Positions 30,221-39,721 of a stretch of 64,000 nucleotides of DNA are shown in pieces. The stretch comes from Gammaproteobacteria bacterium. GTDB lineage: Bacteria; Pseudomonadota; Gammaproteobacteria; Ga0077536. The notes under the pieces are model-generated. The model saw only the letters and a program-made list of their open reading frames with translations, ran no database searches and had not been told where the DNA came from. A program made the translations under genes and the position numbers. The stretch is taken from NCBI GenBank assembly GCA_963662545.2, contig CAXXLL010000002.1, positions 1,920,001-1,984,000 of the forward strand, written 5' to 3'. The first letter of the stretch is position 1, and every line of letters starts with the position of its first letter.

Positions 30221-30332
30221 TCTGACGCGCGCCTGCAACAGGGCAGACACACCGGCAGTGGAAGACCGCGCCGCTTGACCCCGGCGCCATCCTGCCTCAT
30301 GTTCGCCGGATCACGACGGGTGGATTAAACCG

Positions 30333-30530
30333 ATGAACAACCGGGAAACCTTGATTACGCTGATGCTCGAAAACGAGCTGGAACGGCGGGAAATTGCCGA
30401 GCTCTTGTCGGTGCAACGCGATACGGTCGACCGCTGGCTGATATCGCCCGAATCATCGAGAAACCTCGAAATACCCGATATGGCCGTCGAATTATTGGAC
30501 TTCAAGCTGGCCGCCCGGAAAGACGCCTAG
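30333..30530 (+). CDS. Small helix-turn-helix protein
   Basis: L.RREIAELLSV..DTV.RW HTH-like pattern, 65 aa. Confidence 0.6.
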   Translation: MNNRETLITLMLENELERREIAELLSVQRDTVDRWLISPESSRNLEIPDMAVELLDFKLAARKDA

Positions 30531-30562
30531 CCCGCTAGCGGCGCCTTCTCGAAACCGGCGGG

Positions 30563-31501
30563 TCAGGCCATCGCCGCCGTCGGGATATACGTGCCGCAGG
30601 ACGAAACGTCGGTCAGTAGGATGCCATGCAACCCCAGCGGCTCGGCGAGAAGGTGCTTGCGCGATACAGTGCGCAAATCAGGCGCCACGGAAATATCGTT
30701 GTCGCGTCCCCGGCCAACAGAATTGACGCCTGCACGCAGGGTGTAGCACCGGCCGTTATCGGCGCGTAGGCTCCAGTCCTCGTCATGCGACAGTGAAAAG
30801 TGGACTTTCGCGAGCCGGATGGAGATTTCCTCGCCGTTTTCCAGGCGGATGAAGACGGCTTCACCCTGAGGAAGACGGCAGAGGCTGGGATCCTGAGCCT
30901 TCTCAGCGGTTTCGCCGGCATTGAAGATGACCGTTGATCGATCGGGCGCGAACGCGGTCTTATCGGCGGGGAGCGGTTGCGTGGGCTGTACGGTACTTCG
31001 TCCGAGGTCTATCACCTGGCGAATGACCTCCTGTCGCGACGCGAGGTACTTCAGATAGGTCGATAACGCCAAGCGCGTATAGATGTCGCGAACGCCCCGT
31101 GCGTTCCCTAACTGCTCAAATATTGCACGCCAGTCATGATCCTTGGAAAACATTCGCACGCCGAGCTTCTTTAGCAGTACCTTACAGGGGATGCCATGTC
31201 GTTGATGTTCCTCAAGTATTCTGCCGAGCTGCTGTTCGAGTGTGTGGATGGTGGACGCTTCGGATTCGAGTTCCGCGCGAGTGTGCGCGCACAAGGTGTT
31301 GAACCGCAGCGCAGGCACCGCGGTCCGGGGCGCCATAGAAAATTTGAAATCTTTGAACCGGCGGAAGCGGAGTTCACGGTTGCTCAAGGTGATGCTAAGG
31401 GGCGCGCTGAAGCGCACCCGCACCGCCTGAAGCAGTTTGGCTAGCAGGCCAAGCGTTCCGTCTTCATTAAGGTTTAGCAATATATTATTCATAAATATCA
31501 A
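30563..31501 (-). CDS. FHA domain-containing protein
   Basis: C-terminal VGRGRDNDI...VSRKH...LTDVSSCGTY FHA signature. Confidence 0.75.
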   Translation of the reverse strand: MIFMNNILLNLNEDGTLGLLAKLLQAVRVRFSAPLSITLSNRELRFRRFKDFKFSMAPRTAVPALRFNTLCAHTRAELESEASTIHTLEQQLGRILEEHQRHGIPCKVLLKKLGVRMFSKDHDWRAIFEQLGNARGVRDIYTRLALSTYLKYLASRQEVIRQVIDLGRSTVQPTQPLPADKTAFAPDRSTVIFNAGETAEKAQDPSLCRLPQGEAVFIRLENGEEISIRLAKVHFSLSHDEDWSLRADNGRCYTLRAGVNSVGRGRDNDISVAPDLRTVSRKHLLAEPLGLHGILLTDVSSCGTYIPTAAMA

Positions 31502-31572
31502 TGCTTTGAATTATTTATTTAATACATTATATAAATAATAGTGCTAACTCCATAAAAACTCAAGGCTAAAAT

Positions 31573-31639
31573 TGTGACCGGGTCATAGGAAACGTCGGGA
31601 ACCGAGCGGGTATCGGTGGGAATGTGACCGCCGTCACGA
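31573..31639. promoter_or_regulatory. CRP/Fnr-family-like sites upstream of FHA gene
   Basis: TGTGACCGCCGTCACG (N6 spacer) at 31623 and TGTGACCGGGTCATA (N5) at 31573. Confidence 0.4.
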
Positions 31640-31699
31640 GGTGAAATCTGGCCTTACGCCGCGCCCGCCCGCTAGCCCCGGCGCGGTGGCGCGGGGCGT

Positions 31700-32068
31700 T
31701 CAGCCGCCGGAGAATAAGGAAAAGTCGAGGACCCGAACCATGAAAGGGATCCAGGCGCCGATCAAGACCAGATACACCGCAATCTCGGTTCGAATGATGA
31801 ACTTGAGGCGGCTGATTTCTGCGGCATCGGCGTCGGCCATGAAAATACGTGCCATGGTGATGTCGAGCGGGATGGCGAAAACCAGCATCATCATGATGGA
31901 AGGTGCTACGACAGAGGGCAGCAGGCGCCAGTCGTGCAGATGAGAGCTGCCGTCGGCAAACGGTGCCGCGGCGATGATCACGAGGGCGACCATTATCAAC
32001 AACAGGCGCAAGACCCCTAAACGGCCTACCAGGCCCGTTTTCGACAAGTTCCCGTCGGCTGTCATCAT
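31700..32068 (-). CDS. Hypothetical membrane protein (about 3 TM helices)
   Basis: Hydrophobic segments, coding-like GC3 bias. Confidence 0.65.
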   Translation of the reverse strand: MMTADGNLSKTGLVGRLGVLRLLLIMVALVIIAAAPFADGSSHLHDWRLLPSVVAPSIMMMLVFAIPLDITMARIFMADADAAEISRLKFIIRTEIAVYLVLIGAWIPFMVRVLDFSLFSGG

Positions 32069-32087
32069 CGCGTCACGGATAATACAC

Positions 32088-32303
32088 TTAGGAGCCCGTC
32101 GGGCGTAGGGCGAAAATACTCGGCAACTGCTATGGCCTTGCGCCACCTCCGACTTCCATGCGGTCGAGCGGCGGTGGGAAATCGGTCCATCTTTTCGATA
32201 ACGGGTTCTAATTACTCACCACTATTCCGCTCAAATGATCGAAAAGCACGCCTCGATTTCGCACTCGCCTCGCCACGGCTTCCCAAGCCATACGGGATCC
32301 TAG
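32088..32303. mobile_element. MITE family B, copy 2
   Basis: TTAGGAGCCCGT...ACGGGATCCTAG ends; shares GCGGCGGTGGGAAATCGGTCCATCTTTTCGAT and TCAAATGATCGAAAAGC..CACTCGCCTCGC blocks with copy 1. Confidence 0.78.
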
Positions 32304-32334
32304 GTACGGCCGCCAACCAGCTCGACCCGGCATC

Positions 32335-33609
32335 GTGAGCACCCGCTTTTCCGAATTTGCGCAGCGCTTCATCGGGCCGACTGGGACACGGCTGCTCATG
32401 GACGATCTGGGCGAAGTCCTGTCCAGCGATCGCGATCTGTGCAATCTCGGGGGTGGCAATCCCGCGCAAATTCCTGCCATGCAGACGATTTTCCGCGACC
32501 GACTGCATCAAATCATCGACGCGGGGTCATTCGACCGACTGGCCGGTAGCTATGACGGCCCCCAGGGTCACCTCCCTTTGCTGAGGGCTATCGCCGATTT
32601 GTTGAATCGCGAATACGGTTGGGGGATCTCCGCCGATAACGTGGCGATGACCGTGGGGAGCCAGTCCAGTTTTTTCATTCTCTTCAACCTACTTAGCGGG
32701 AAGTGCGGTGACGGACGGCGACGGCGGATCCAACTGCCCCTGACACCTGAATATATCGGATATGCAGATATTGCCGTCGAGCCGTATGCTATTCAGGCAA
32801 CTCGACCCGCGATTGATTTCCTCGACGATCACATCTTTAAATACCGGGTCGATTTCGATCGATTTGCCATCGATGATTCGACTGGCGCCGTGTGTGTAAG
32901 CCGCCCGACCAATCCGACCGGGAATGTGCTGTCCGAAGATGAAATGTCGAGGCTCATGAAATTGACGCGCGACGCCGGTGTGCCGTTCATCATCGACAAC
33001 GCCTATGGCGTGCCTTTCCCTAATATTGTGTTCTCGGATGCGCGCCCGATTTTCGACGATCACGTCATCTACTGCATGAGCCTGTCCAAGCTCGGCCTGC
33101 CGGGTATGCGCACGGGAATAGTCATTGCCAGCAGCGAGATCATCGAGGCGGTGCGTAGCATGAACGCCATATTCAGTCTTGCGACTGGGAGCCTCGGCGC
33201 CGGCATTGTTACGCCGCTGGTGGCCAGCGGGGAAATCCTGCAACTCAGCCGCGAGGTGATACAGCCCTTTTATCGCTCGCGCGTCGAACAAGCCGTGTCC
33301 TGGTGTCACGACCAACTCGAGGGACTGGACTATTTTATTCACAAACCCGAAGGCGCGATTTTTCTATGGTTGTGGTTTCCGCGCCTACCGATCACTGCCG
33401 CGCGCTTGTACGCACGCCTCAAGGAGCGAAACGTACTCGTCATTCCCGGGAATTATTTCTTCCCCGGATTGAACGAATCATGGGAGCACATGCACGAATG
33501 CATACGGATATCGTACGCACGGTCGGCTGAACAAGTCGAGCACGGTATTCGCATCATCGCCGATGAGGTCCGGCAGGCGTTCCGCGGCGCGCAAAATGGA
33601 AAGTCCTAG
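32335..33609 (+). CDS. avtA: Valine--pyruvate transaminase
   Basis: LGGGNPA, PEYIGY, SRPTNPTGN, IDNAYG.PFP, MSLSKLGLPG.RTG. Confidence 0.93.
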   Translation: MSTRFSEFAQRFIGPTGTRLLMDDLGEVLSSDRDLCNLGGGNPAQIPAMQTIFRDRLHQIIDAGSFDRLAGSYDGPQGHLPLLRAIADLLNREYGWGISADNVAMTVGSQSSFFILFNLLSGKCGDGRRRRIQLPLTPEYIGYADIAVEPYAIQATRPAIDFLDDHIFKYRVDFDRFAIDDSTGAVCVSRPTNPTGNVLSEDEMSRLMKLTRDAGVPFIIDNAYGVPFPNIVFSDARPIFDDHVIYCMSLSKLGLPGMRTGIVIASSEIIEAVRSMNAIFSLATGSLGAGIVTPLVASGEILQLSREVIQPFYRSRVEQAVSWCHDQLEGLDYFIHKPEGAIFLWLWFPRLPITAARLYARLKERNVLVIPGNYFFPGLNESWEHMHECIRISYARSAEQVEHGIRIIADEVRQAFRGAQNGKS

Positions 33610-33610
33610 A

Positions 33611-34486
33611 ATGACCGGGCACACGATACGCCGTATTGGTCACCGCGAGGTCTTTGCGGTCGGGCTCGGTGGCATGCCGGCTTCGATCGCCGGTCGGCCT
33701 GAACACGCCACCGCCATCGAGTTGATCAGCCGTTTTGTCGAACTCGGAGGAAACTTCATCGACACGGCGAACGTATATTGCGTGGATGACGAAGACCTCG
33801 GGCACAACGAGCGGCTGATACGTGAAGCATTGTCCGCCGTTGCGGATCGGGATGCCATCATGGTGGCTACGAAAGGCGGGATGCGCAGACCGGGTGGTCG
33901 CTGGATCACGGACGCTCGTCCCGATTGGTTGCGAGCATCGTGCGAACGATCGTTGAGTGATCTTGGGGTCGATCGCATCGACCTCTATCAACTGCATGCA
34001 ATCGACCCAAAGGTAACGCTGGACGAAAGCATCGGGGAACTTTTGCGCCTGGTCGAGGAAGGCAAGATCGCGGCAATTGGTATTTCAAATGTCGGCCTCG
34101 AGTCCTTGAAACGTGCTGCCTCCATCGCGCCCATCGTCTCCGTACAAAACCGCTGTAGCATTTTCTGCAAACGAGATTTTCATAATGGCGTAATCGATTA
34201 TTGCGCAGCTGCCGCCATCAGCTACATTGCGCATAGTCCCCTGGGCGGGTATCGCAGCTACGCACGCACGGGTGAGAATGAAATGATCAATCGGATAGCA
34301 TACGAACACGGGACATCGCCATACCAGGTCGCGCTTGCCTGGCTGCTGCGCGAGGCGTCGCAACTGATTGCGATTCCAGGAGCCCGGCGAACGGTAAGCG
34401 TCGAGGACAGTCATGCGGCGGTGGACTTGACGCTCAAGGAGTCGGAACGCGCTGTACTCGCTCAAATTCCCGACCGGACCGTGTGA
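33611..34486 (+). CDS. Aldo/keto reductase
   Basis: IDTANVY, VATKGG, IDLYQLH, IGISN, IPG. Confidence 0.9.
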   Translation: MTGHTIRRIGHREVFAVGLGGMPASIAGRPEHATAIELISRFVELGGNFIDTANVYCVDDEDLGHNERLIREALSAVADRDAIMVATKGGMRRPGGRWITDARPDWLRASCERSLSDLGVDRIDLYQLHAIDPKVTLDESIGELLRLVEEGKIAAIGISNVGLESLKRAASIAPIVSVQNRCSIFCKRDFHNGVIDYCAAAAISYIAHSPLGGYRSYARTGENEMINRIAYEHGTSPYQVALAWLLREASQLIAIPGARRTVSVEDSHAAVDLTLKESERAVLAQIPDRTV

Positions 34487-34534
34487 GCGCGCGAATTGTT
34501 CATGAGGACCGGGAATGCTCGATAAATAGGCGCG

Positions 34535-35521
34535 CTAGATTAGAGAAAATAGACTGCTGCTTTGCCCAAACATCCGTTCCAGTATCGACTTCTTGCGTGC
34601 CGCCCTGACCTGAAAGACGTCCACCTCGGCGGCCTTTGCGCATAAATAATCGTCACTCGTCGAGATTCGATCGATAAGTCCTAATTCAAGGGCCCGCGTA
34701 CCGAACCAGTGCTCACCGGTCGCCACACGTTCCAGGTTTAATTCGGGCCGTTGCACGGCGATGAATTCCTTGAACAAGGTATGTGCGTCCTCGATTTCTT
34801 CCTGATACTTCTGGCGATCCTCGTCCGTATTCTCTCCAAACAGAGTGAGGGTTCGCTTGTACTTGCCAGCGGTAATCTGCTCGAAATCGATATCGTGCTT
34901 CTTGAGCAGGCGACTGAAATTCGGAAGCTGTGCTATGACGCCAATCGAGCCAATGATCGCAAATGGAGCAGCGATGATTTCGTCCGCAACACAGGCCATC
35001 ATGTAGCCGCCGCTCGCAGCGACCTTGTCGACGATGACGGTCAGGCGCAAGCCCTTATCTCTTATCCGACGAAGCTGCGAGGACGCGAGACCGTAGCCAT
35101 GCACCGTGCCGCCTGAGCTTTCCAATATGACGGCGACTTCGTCCCCTTCGGCTGCCACCGATAATATTGCGGTTATTTCCTCGCGCAGGGTGGACACGGC
35201 ATGCGCGCGAATATCGCCGGTAAATTCACACACGAAAATTCGCGTTCTAGTATCCGTGGATTCCAGACGGGCTTTGTTTTCCTTTTTGACCTGCTTAATG
35301 CGCTTTTTGAATTCCTTCGGCTGCATTAAGACCGACTCTAGGGCCAACGAGGTTTCGAGAAGCTTGTCGTTTAGTTTACGGATCTCGATCGGCGTTTCAG
35401 CGAGATGCCGGCGCCGCGATTGAATCAAGACAAGGGCGATGAAGAGCGGTATCGCGATGATGGCGACAACGGTGATCAATTTTGCGGCGAAAAGACCGTA
35501 ATCGAAGAAATATTCCATCAA
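34535..35521 (-). CDS. sohB: S49 family protease SohB
   Basis: F.GDI.A..V..LREEITA, ESSGG.VHGYGLA, DKVAASGGY, AGKYKRTLT. Confidence 0.94.
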   Translation of the reverse strand: MMEYFFDYGLFAAKLITVVAIIAIPLFIALVLIQSRRRHLAETPIEIRKLNDKLLETSLALESVLMQPKEFKKRIKQVKKENKARLESTDTRTRIFVCEFTGDIRAHAVSTLREEITAILSVAAEGDEVAVILESSGGTVHGYGLASSQLRRIRDKGLRLTVIVDKVAASGGYMMACVADEIIAAPFAIIGSIGVIAQLPNFSRLLKKHDIDFEQITAGKYKRTLTLFGENTDEDRQKYQEEIEDAHTLFKEFIAVQRPELNLERVATGEHWFGTRALELGLIDRISTSDDYLCAKAAEVDVFQVRAARKKSILERMFGQSSSLFSLI

Positions 35522-35916
35522 CGGGGGACCCGGTTATCGTTTCGGTAAATCGTGAAACCGCAGTATATGGAGATGTAAGAACTTCGGCGTTCGCTCGCGC
35601 GACGCTAGGCCGAGCGCATCGTATTATACTCAGCCGCCATCTCAACGGCGGATATTACCTGTATCGAGCGATACAGGAAGATGCTATCGCCGTCCTGCTA
35701 AACTTTAAAAAAAATCTCGCTGGAAATAGGGGAACTGCTTGCTAGGTGGATTGATTTGCAGGATGCACGGCAACGGGCAGCGAGCCGACGCGATCACGTG
35801 TCGGCTCAGTATGATATCGACGGATGAGTCCTGTAATGCGGACTGGTCCCTTGCCGCATCATTAGCCCGCAGCGCATTAAAGAGGGGTTAATGACGGCGG
35901 GTTGATGCCGGCACGA

Positions 35917-35944
35917 CCCGAACCTCCGCTAAGCGAAGTTCGGG
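35917..35944. terminator. Hairpin directly after the PilZ gene stop
   Basis: CCCGAAC...GTTCGGG stem; no clear U tract. Confidence 0.35.
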
Positions 35945-36385
35945 CTAGTTGTCTCTGCTCCGGCATGAACGAAGGTAACACTCGGTATAACAGATGCGCT
36001 CGACGATTCGCGCGCGTGTCGCGTCATCCGGGGAAGCGAGCCACAGGCCGATTTCGAAGCCCTCTGTTTCCTCCCGAACCATGACCACGGTACCGGCGAA
36101 GCGTTGTATATCGCCGCGTAACGGGATCTCGAGTTCAATGCGGGTTCCCGCTGGAATGTATTTCGCTGAATGAAAGCTCAGGCCGAGGTCCCCCGAAGTG
36201 GAGTCCGTCTGCCGGTTGCGCCAGGTGAACATATTACGTCGCCGGTACCGGATCGGAAATTGTGCAGGGTGCGGAATGAAATCATTCCGCACTGCGTCGA
36301 AACGCGCACGGTTGTACGCCTGCACAGGATTGGGCATTAGATAATCATCATCACCAATAGCACGATGGCTTGTGTTCATGTGCAT
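35945..36385 (-). CDS. PilZ domain-like protein
   Basis: R.FI.HP..FPI, DLGLSF, GT.IELEIP, FEIGL beta-barrel pattern; RxxxR motif appears degenerate. Confidence 0.65.
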   Translation of the reverse strand: MHMNTSHRAIGDDDYLMPNPVQAYNRARFDAVRNDFIPHPAQFPIRYRRRNMFTWRNRQTDSTSGDLGLSFHSAKYIPAGTRIELEIPLRGDIQRFAGTVVMVREETEGFEIGLWLASPDDATRARIVERICYTECYLRSCRSRDN

Positions 36386-36580
36386 GGTCCAGACCCCGCA
36401 AATCTATATCTACAATGTTTTTAATAAGTTGTGGGGTGTATTTATAGTTAATTCTACTTTTTATGTCAAGAAAACCTCCAATAATTCATAGAATTGAGGT
36501 GTACACCTGATATTTCGCATTAGAAATAGGCTGGGACGGACGATTGAACACGGCCCTGCGCGGAAAGTTCGCCTTTACGA

Positions 36581-37417
36581 TCAGAGTCTTGCGCTAACGT
36601 CTAACCAGGTGCCCACGAGTTCGATCGTATTGCCGTCCCCGCCATGGACGGCACGAACCGAATCCACCACCGTCAGATAATTGCCGTCGCGGTGACGGAC
36701 TCGGTATTCGAACACGGCGTAGGTTTCCTCGCCGTTGAGAAGACTGTCGATGATGCTGCGATACATCGTACGATTGTCAGGATGTATCAAATCGCCCCAG
36801 AATTCGGGTTCGATGACCGCGGCCGTCCGTTCGAATCCGGTAAGACTGTGGAAATTTTTGCTGATGTAACTGGGTCGCAGCACACCGTCTTCATAGGAAT
36901 TGCTGTAGAGCACTGCCGGACTAAACTCCACCCAGTACTCGAGTAACTCGTTGGCTTCGTCGAGATCTTGGACTTTTTCGTCGAGCTCCGCGTTCGTCCT
37001 TGCCAGCTGTTCGCGTAAGGCCCGTTCACTCCGGACCAGCCGAAAATAATCCGCGGCTTCCGTTACCGCTTGCACGAGTGCTTCCGATTTCCACGGTTTG
37101 CGCACGAAACGGTAGACTTTGCCGTCATGCAGGGCGGCGATCGCAACATCCTGGTCGTCCAGCGCCGTCACCATGACACCGATTGCATCCGGCCAACGCT
37201 GCTTGATGGTTTGTAATAACTCGACACCGTCCATATCGGGCATGATGTAATCGGTGACGACTACCGCGTACGGACCCGATTTCTCCATGGCTTCAAGGGC
37301 AGAGCTCGCGCTGCTCACGAAGGTACAATCGAAATCACCCGACAGCTGCCGTTCCATCAAAGATGTTGCGTCGATTTGATCATCGACGCACAGAATTTTG
37401 ATGTCTCGATTAGCCAT
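36581..37417 (-). CDS. Response regulator: REC, coiled coil, PAS/PAC, no output domain
   Basis: ILCVDD, VTDYIMPDMDG, RKPW; IHPD...FEYRVRHRDG..W PAS_3. Confidence 0.85.
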   Translation of the reverse strand: MANRDIKILCVDDQIDATSLMERQLSGDFDCTFVSSASSALEAMEKSGPYAVVVTDYIMPDMDGVELLQTIKQRWPDAIGVMVTALDDQDVAIAALHDGKVYRFVRKPWKSEALVQAVTEAADYFRLVRSERALREQLARTNAELDEKVQDLDEANELLEYWVEFSPAVLYSNSYEDGVLRPSYISKNFHSLTGFERTAAVIEPEFWGDLIHPDNRTMYRSIIDSLLNGEETYAVFEYRVRHRDGNYLTVVDSVRAVHGGDGNTIELVGTWLDVSARL

Positions 37418-37965
37418 GGTCGTGCGCGTTTATCATACGTTCACACTATCGGTTGCGGCCTTGATCGCTTTTTTTGTGTGGCCGGATCGCGTTGATCGGA
37501 TTCGAGTCTGTCTATCTTAACCATATCGGACCCGCTTTGGCGCCGCGCGCTTTCCGTCGGCGCCAGACGTGAAAAACCTGCCATGACCGGTGCTCGCACG
37601 GCCTTATTCAAGTCTGTTCTACGCACTGGTTGACGGCGGCGGATGACGGTCCGGCAGTTCGATATTGACGATACGATTCGAGCGGCATGGCAATCTTAGG
37701 CCACATCGAACTCGCCGTTTCGCGCAGCCTTTCGCGACTCTCCAACTGGAACTTCCTGCAGACAATTGCACGGGTAGGCGTGTCGTGCTGAGGCGCGCAG
37801 TGCGTGATAAGCTGGACGAGGTCAGGAGTTCGGTCATTGATTTCGACGCTTGTTAGCGGTAATCGAGCATCCCTTGCGCGGCGTAAGCTAGGGCGGGTCC
37901 ACCTGACACGCTGGTGAAAAACAGGGTTTTTCACCAGCGTCCTAATAGACCCATTGGAGGCCACG

Positions 37966-38721
37966 ATGAGAATGAACAAGGCCTGGCCCGTCGTGGTCAT
38001 CAGCGCCATCGGATTTTTTCCGCCAGCAGTTCTTGCGGATTGGACCGACTGGCTCAACGTCATTACGGGGGACGGCAAACAAGAAGCGGGCGCGGGCGCG
38101 GGCGCCGTCGCGGCACTGGCCGACAGCGAGATTGCGGACGGTCTGCGGGCGGCGCTGGAGAAGGGAGTCATGAGCGCCGTTGAACGGTTGGGCGCCGAAG
38201 ACGGCTTCCTCGCCAACACCAAGGTTCGTATTCCAGTACCCAAATCCCTCGAACTCATCCAGGATGGCTTGCGCACCATGGGGCGCGCCGACATCGCCGA
38301 CGATTTCGTAGAGAGCATGAACAAGGCCGCAGAACGTGCAGTGCCCGAGGCTACAACGGTTTTCACCGGAGCGATCAGGAAAATGACCATCGCCGACGCG
38401 CGCGGCATTCTCGATGGCGGGGAAACGGCGGCGACGGAATACCTGCAGCGAACGAGCAAAGACGAGTTGCGGGACCGATTCACCCCTATCGTCGACGGCG
38501 CCGTCAGGGAAGCCGGCGCGACCCGATCCTACCAAATGCTCCTGGATAAAGCCGGACTCCTTGGAAAATTCGTGAACACCGACAAACTCAATCTCACGGA
38601 TTACGTGACCGACAAGGCGCTCGACGGCATTTATCTCATGATCGGTCAGGAAGAAAAGAAAATTCGCGCAAATCCGGCGGCGCGTTCGACCGAGCTGTTG
38701 AAGAAAGTTTTTGGCAGTTGA
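37966..38721 (+). CDS. DUF4197 family protein
   Basis: GLRAAL..GV..AV..LG..DGF, MNKAAE.AVP, YVTDKALDG...EE.KIR.NP; GGAGG RBS. Confidence 0.88.
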   Translation: MRMNKAWPVVVISAIGFFPPAVLADWTDWLNVITGDGKQEAGAGAGAVAALADSEIADGLRAALEKGVMSAVERLGAEDGFLANTKVRIPVPKSLELIQDGLRTMGRADIADDFVESMNKAAERAVPEATTVFTGAIRKMTIADARGILDGGETAATEYLQRTSKDELRDRFTPIVDGAVREAGATRSYQMLLDKAGLLGKFVNTDKLNLTDYVTDKALDGIYLMIGQEEKKIRANPAARSTELLKKVFGS

Positions 38722-38755
38722 ATGCCGCCTGATGGAGAGTGAAACGAGCAGGCGG

Positions 38756-39574
38756 TCAAGTCGGCATCGGGTGCCAGCCTGCGTCAGCCCAGAGCTGACC
38801 ACTAACGGCTGAATTTCTGATCAGAAAACAAATGGCGTCTGCAATTTCCTCGGGTCGAATCAAGCGTTTGATCTGCGTGGCCGGCAATACCTGGGTTTCG
38901 ATGTAATCATCGCCCAAGGCACGCACCATCGGTGTATCGGTGAATCCCGGGTGGATCACCGCGCACCGCACGCCGTAATACATGGCCTCTTTCATGAGGG
39001 TTGATGCGGCGCCCTCGAGACCGACCTTGGTCGTCGCATAGGAAATTTGCCCCTTGTTGCCCTGCGAAGAAACGGAGCCGATGAAGATGATGGCACCCTG
39101 CGTGCCTTCTTCCGGACCCCATTGTTTGAGTCCGCGGGTGAATCTGTCCTCGGCCATCTGCGCAATGGTTTCCAGCGCCCAGTAAATTGGGGCGATGAGG
39201 TTCACTTCCACGACCTGGCGAAAGTTTTCTATGGGGTAGAGTTTCGCTTTACCACGATTCTTATTCATTTTGACAGCGAGGTCGTCGCGGGTAATACCGG
39301 CCGCCGGCACGCAGATATTGACGGGGCCATACTCGCGGCGCATGGTTTCGAAGACCTCGTGGCGAAAGATCTCGTCGGTGGTATCGCCCTGGAATGCGCG
39401 GACCGCGCGCCCGCCGTTCAAGGCACTCAATTCCGCGGCGGTCTCGTCTACCGAGTCGGACACGTCGACCAAGACCAAAGCACTCACGCCGTATTTGTAG
39501 AGTTCTTTCGCCGCGGCTCTCCCGATACCGCTGGCTGCTCCGGTGACTACGGCAATTTTTCCTTTGATTTCCAT
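38756..39574 (-). CDS. SDR family oxidoreductase (FabG-like)
   Basis: TGAASGIG, AGITRD, YATTK, PGF.DT.M. Confidence 0.9.
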   Translation of the reverse strand: MEIKGKIAVVTGAASGIGRAAAKELYKYGVSALVLVDVSDSVDETAAELSALNGGRAVRAFQGDTTDEIFRHEVFETMRREYGPVNICVPAAGITRDDLAVKMNKNRGKAKLYPIENFRQVVEVNLIAPIYWALETIAQMAEDRFTRGLKQWGPEEGTQGAIIFIGSVSSQGNKGQISYATTKVGLEGAASTLMKEAMYYGVRCAVIHPGFTDTPMVRALGDDYIETQVLPATQIKRLIRPEEIADAICFLIRNSAVSGQLWADAGWHPMPT

Positions 39575-39721
39575 CGCTTACCCCAGAAGTAGTCAAGCTT
39601 GCTCAAGCCCATTATAGTCGCATTATTGTGCACTGCAATATTCACCGTGCGAACGAACTGACAGGGCGGAAACCGAGCGCACCATCAGCATGTTCGTGCA
39701 TCGGCTACCACTCGGTGAACC

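Noticed and set aside
35820-35846. Hammerhead ribozyme
   Set aside because: CGGATGA instead of CTGATGA and no GAAA after stem II, so the catalytic core is absent
37441-37950. Small ORFs and a possible sigma54 box in this 500-bp gap
   Set aside because: No recognisable protein motif in any frame; the GG-GC spacing does not fit -24/-12
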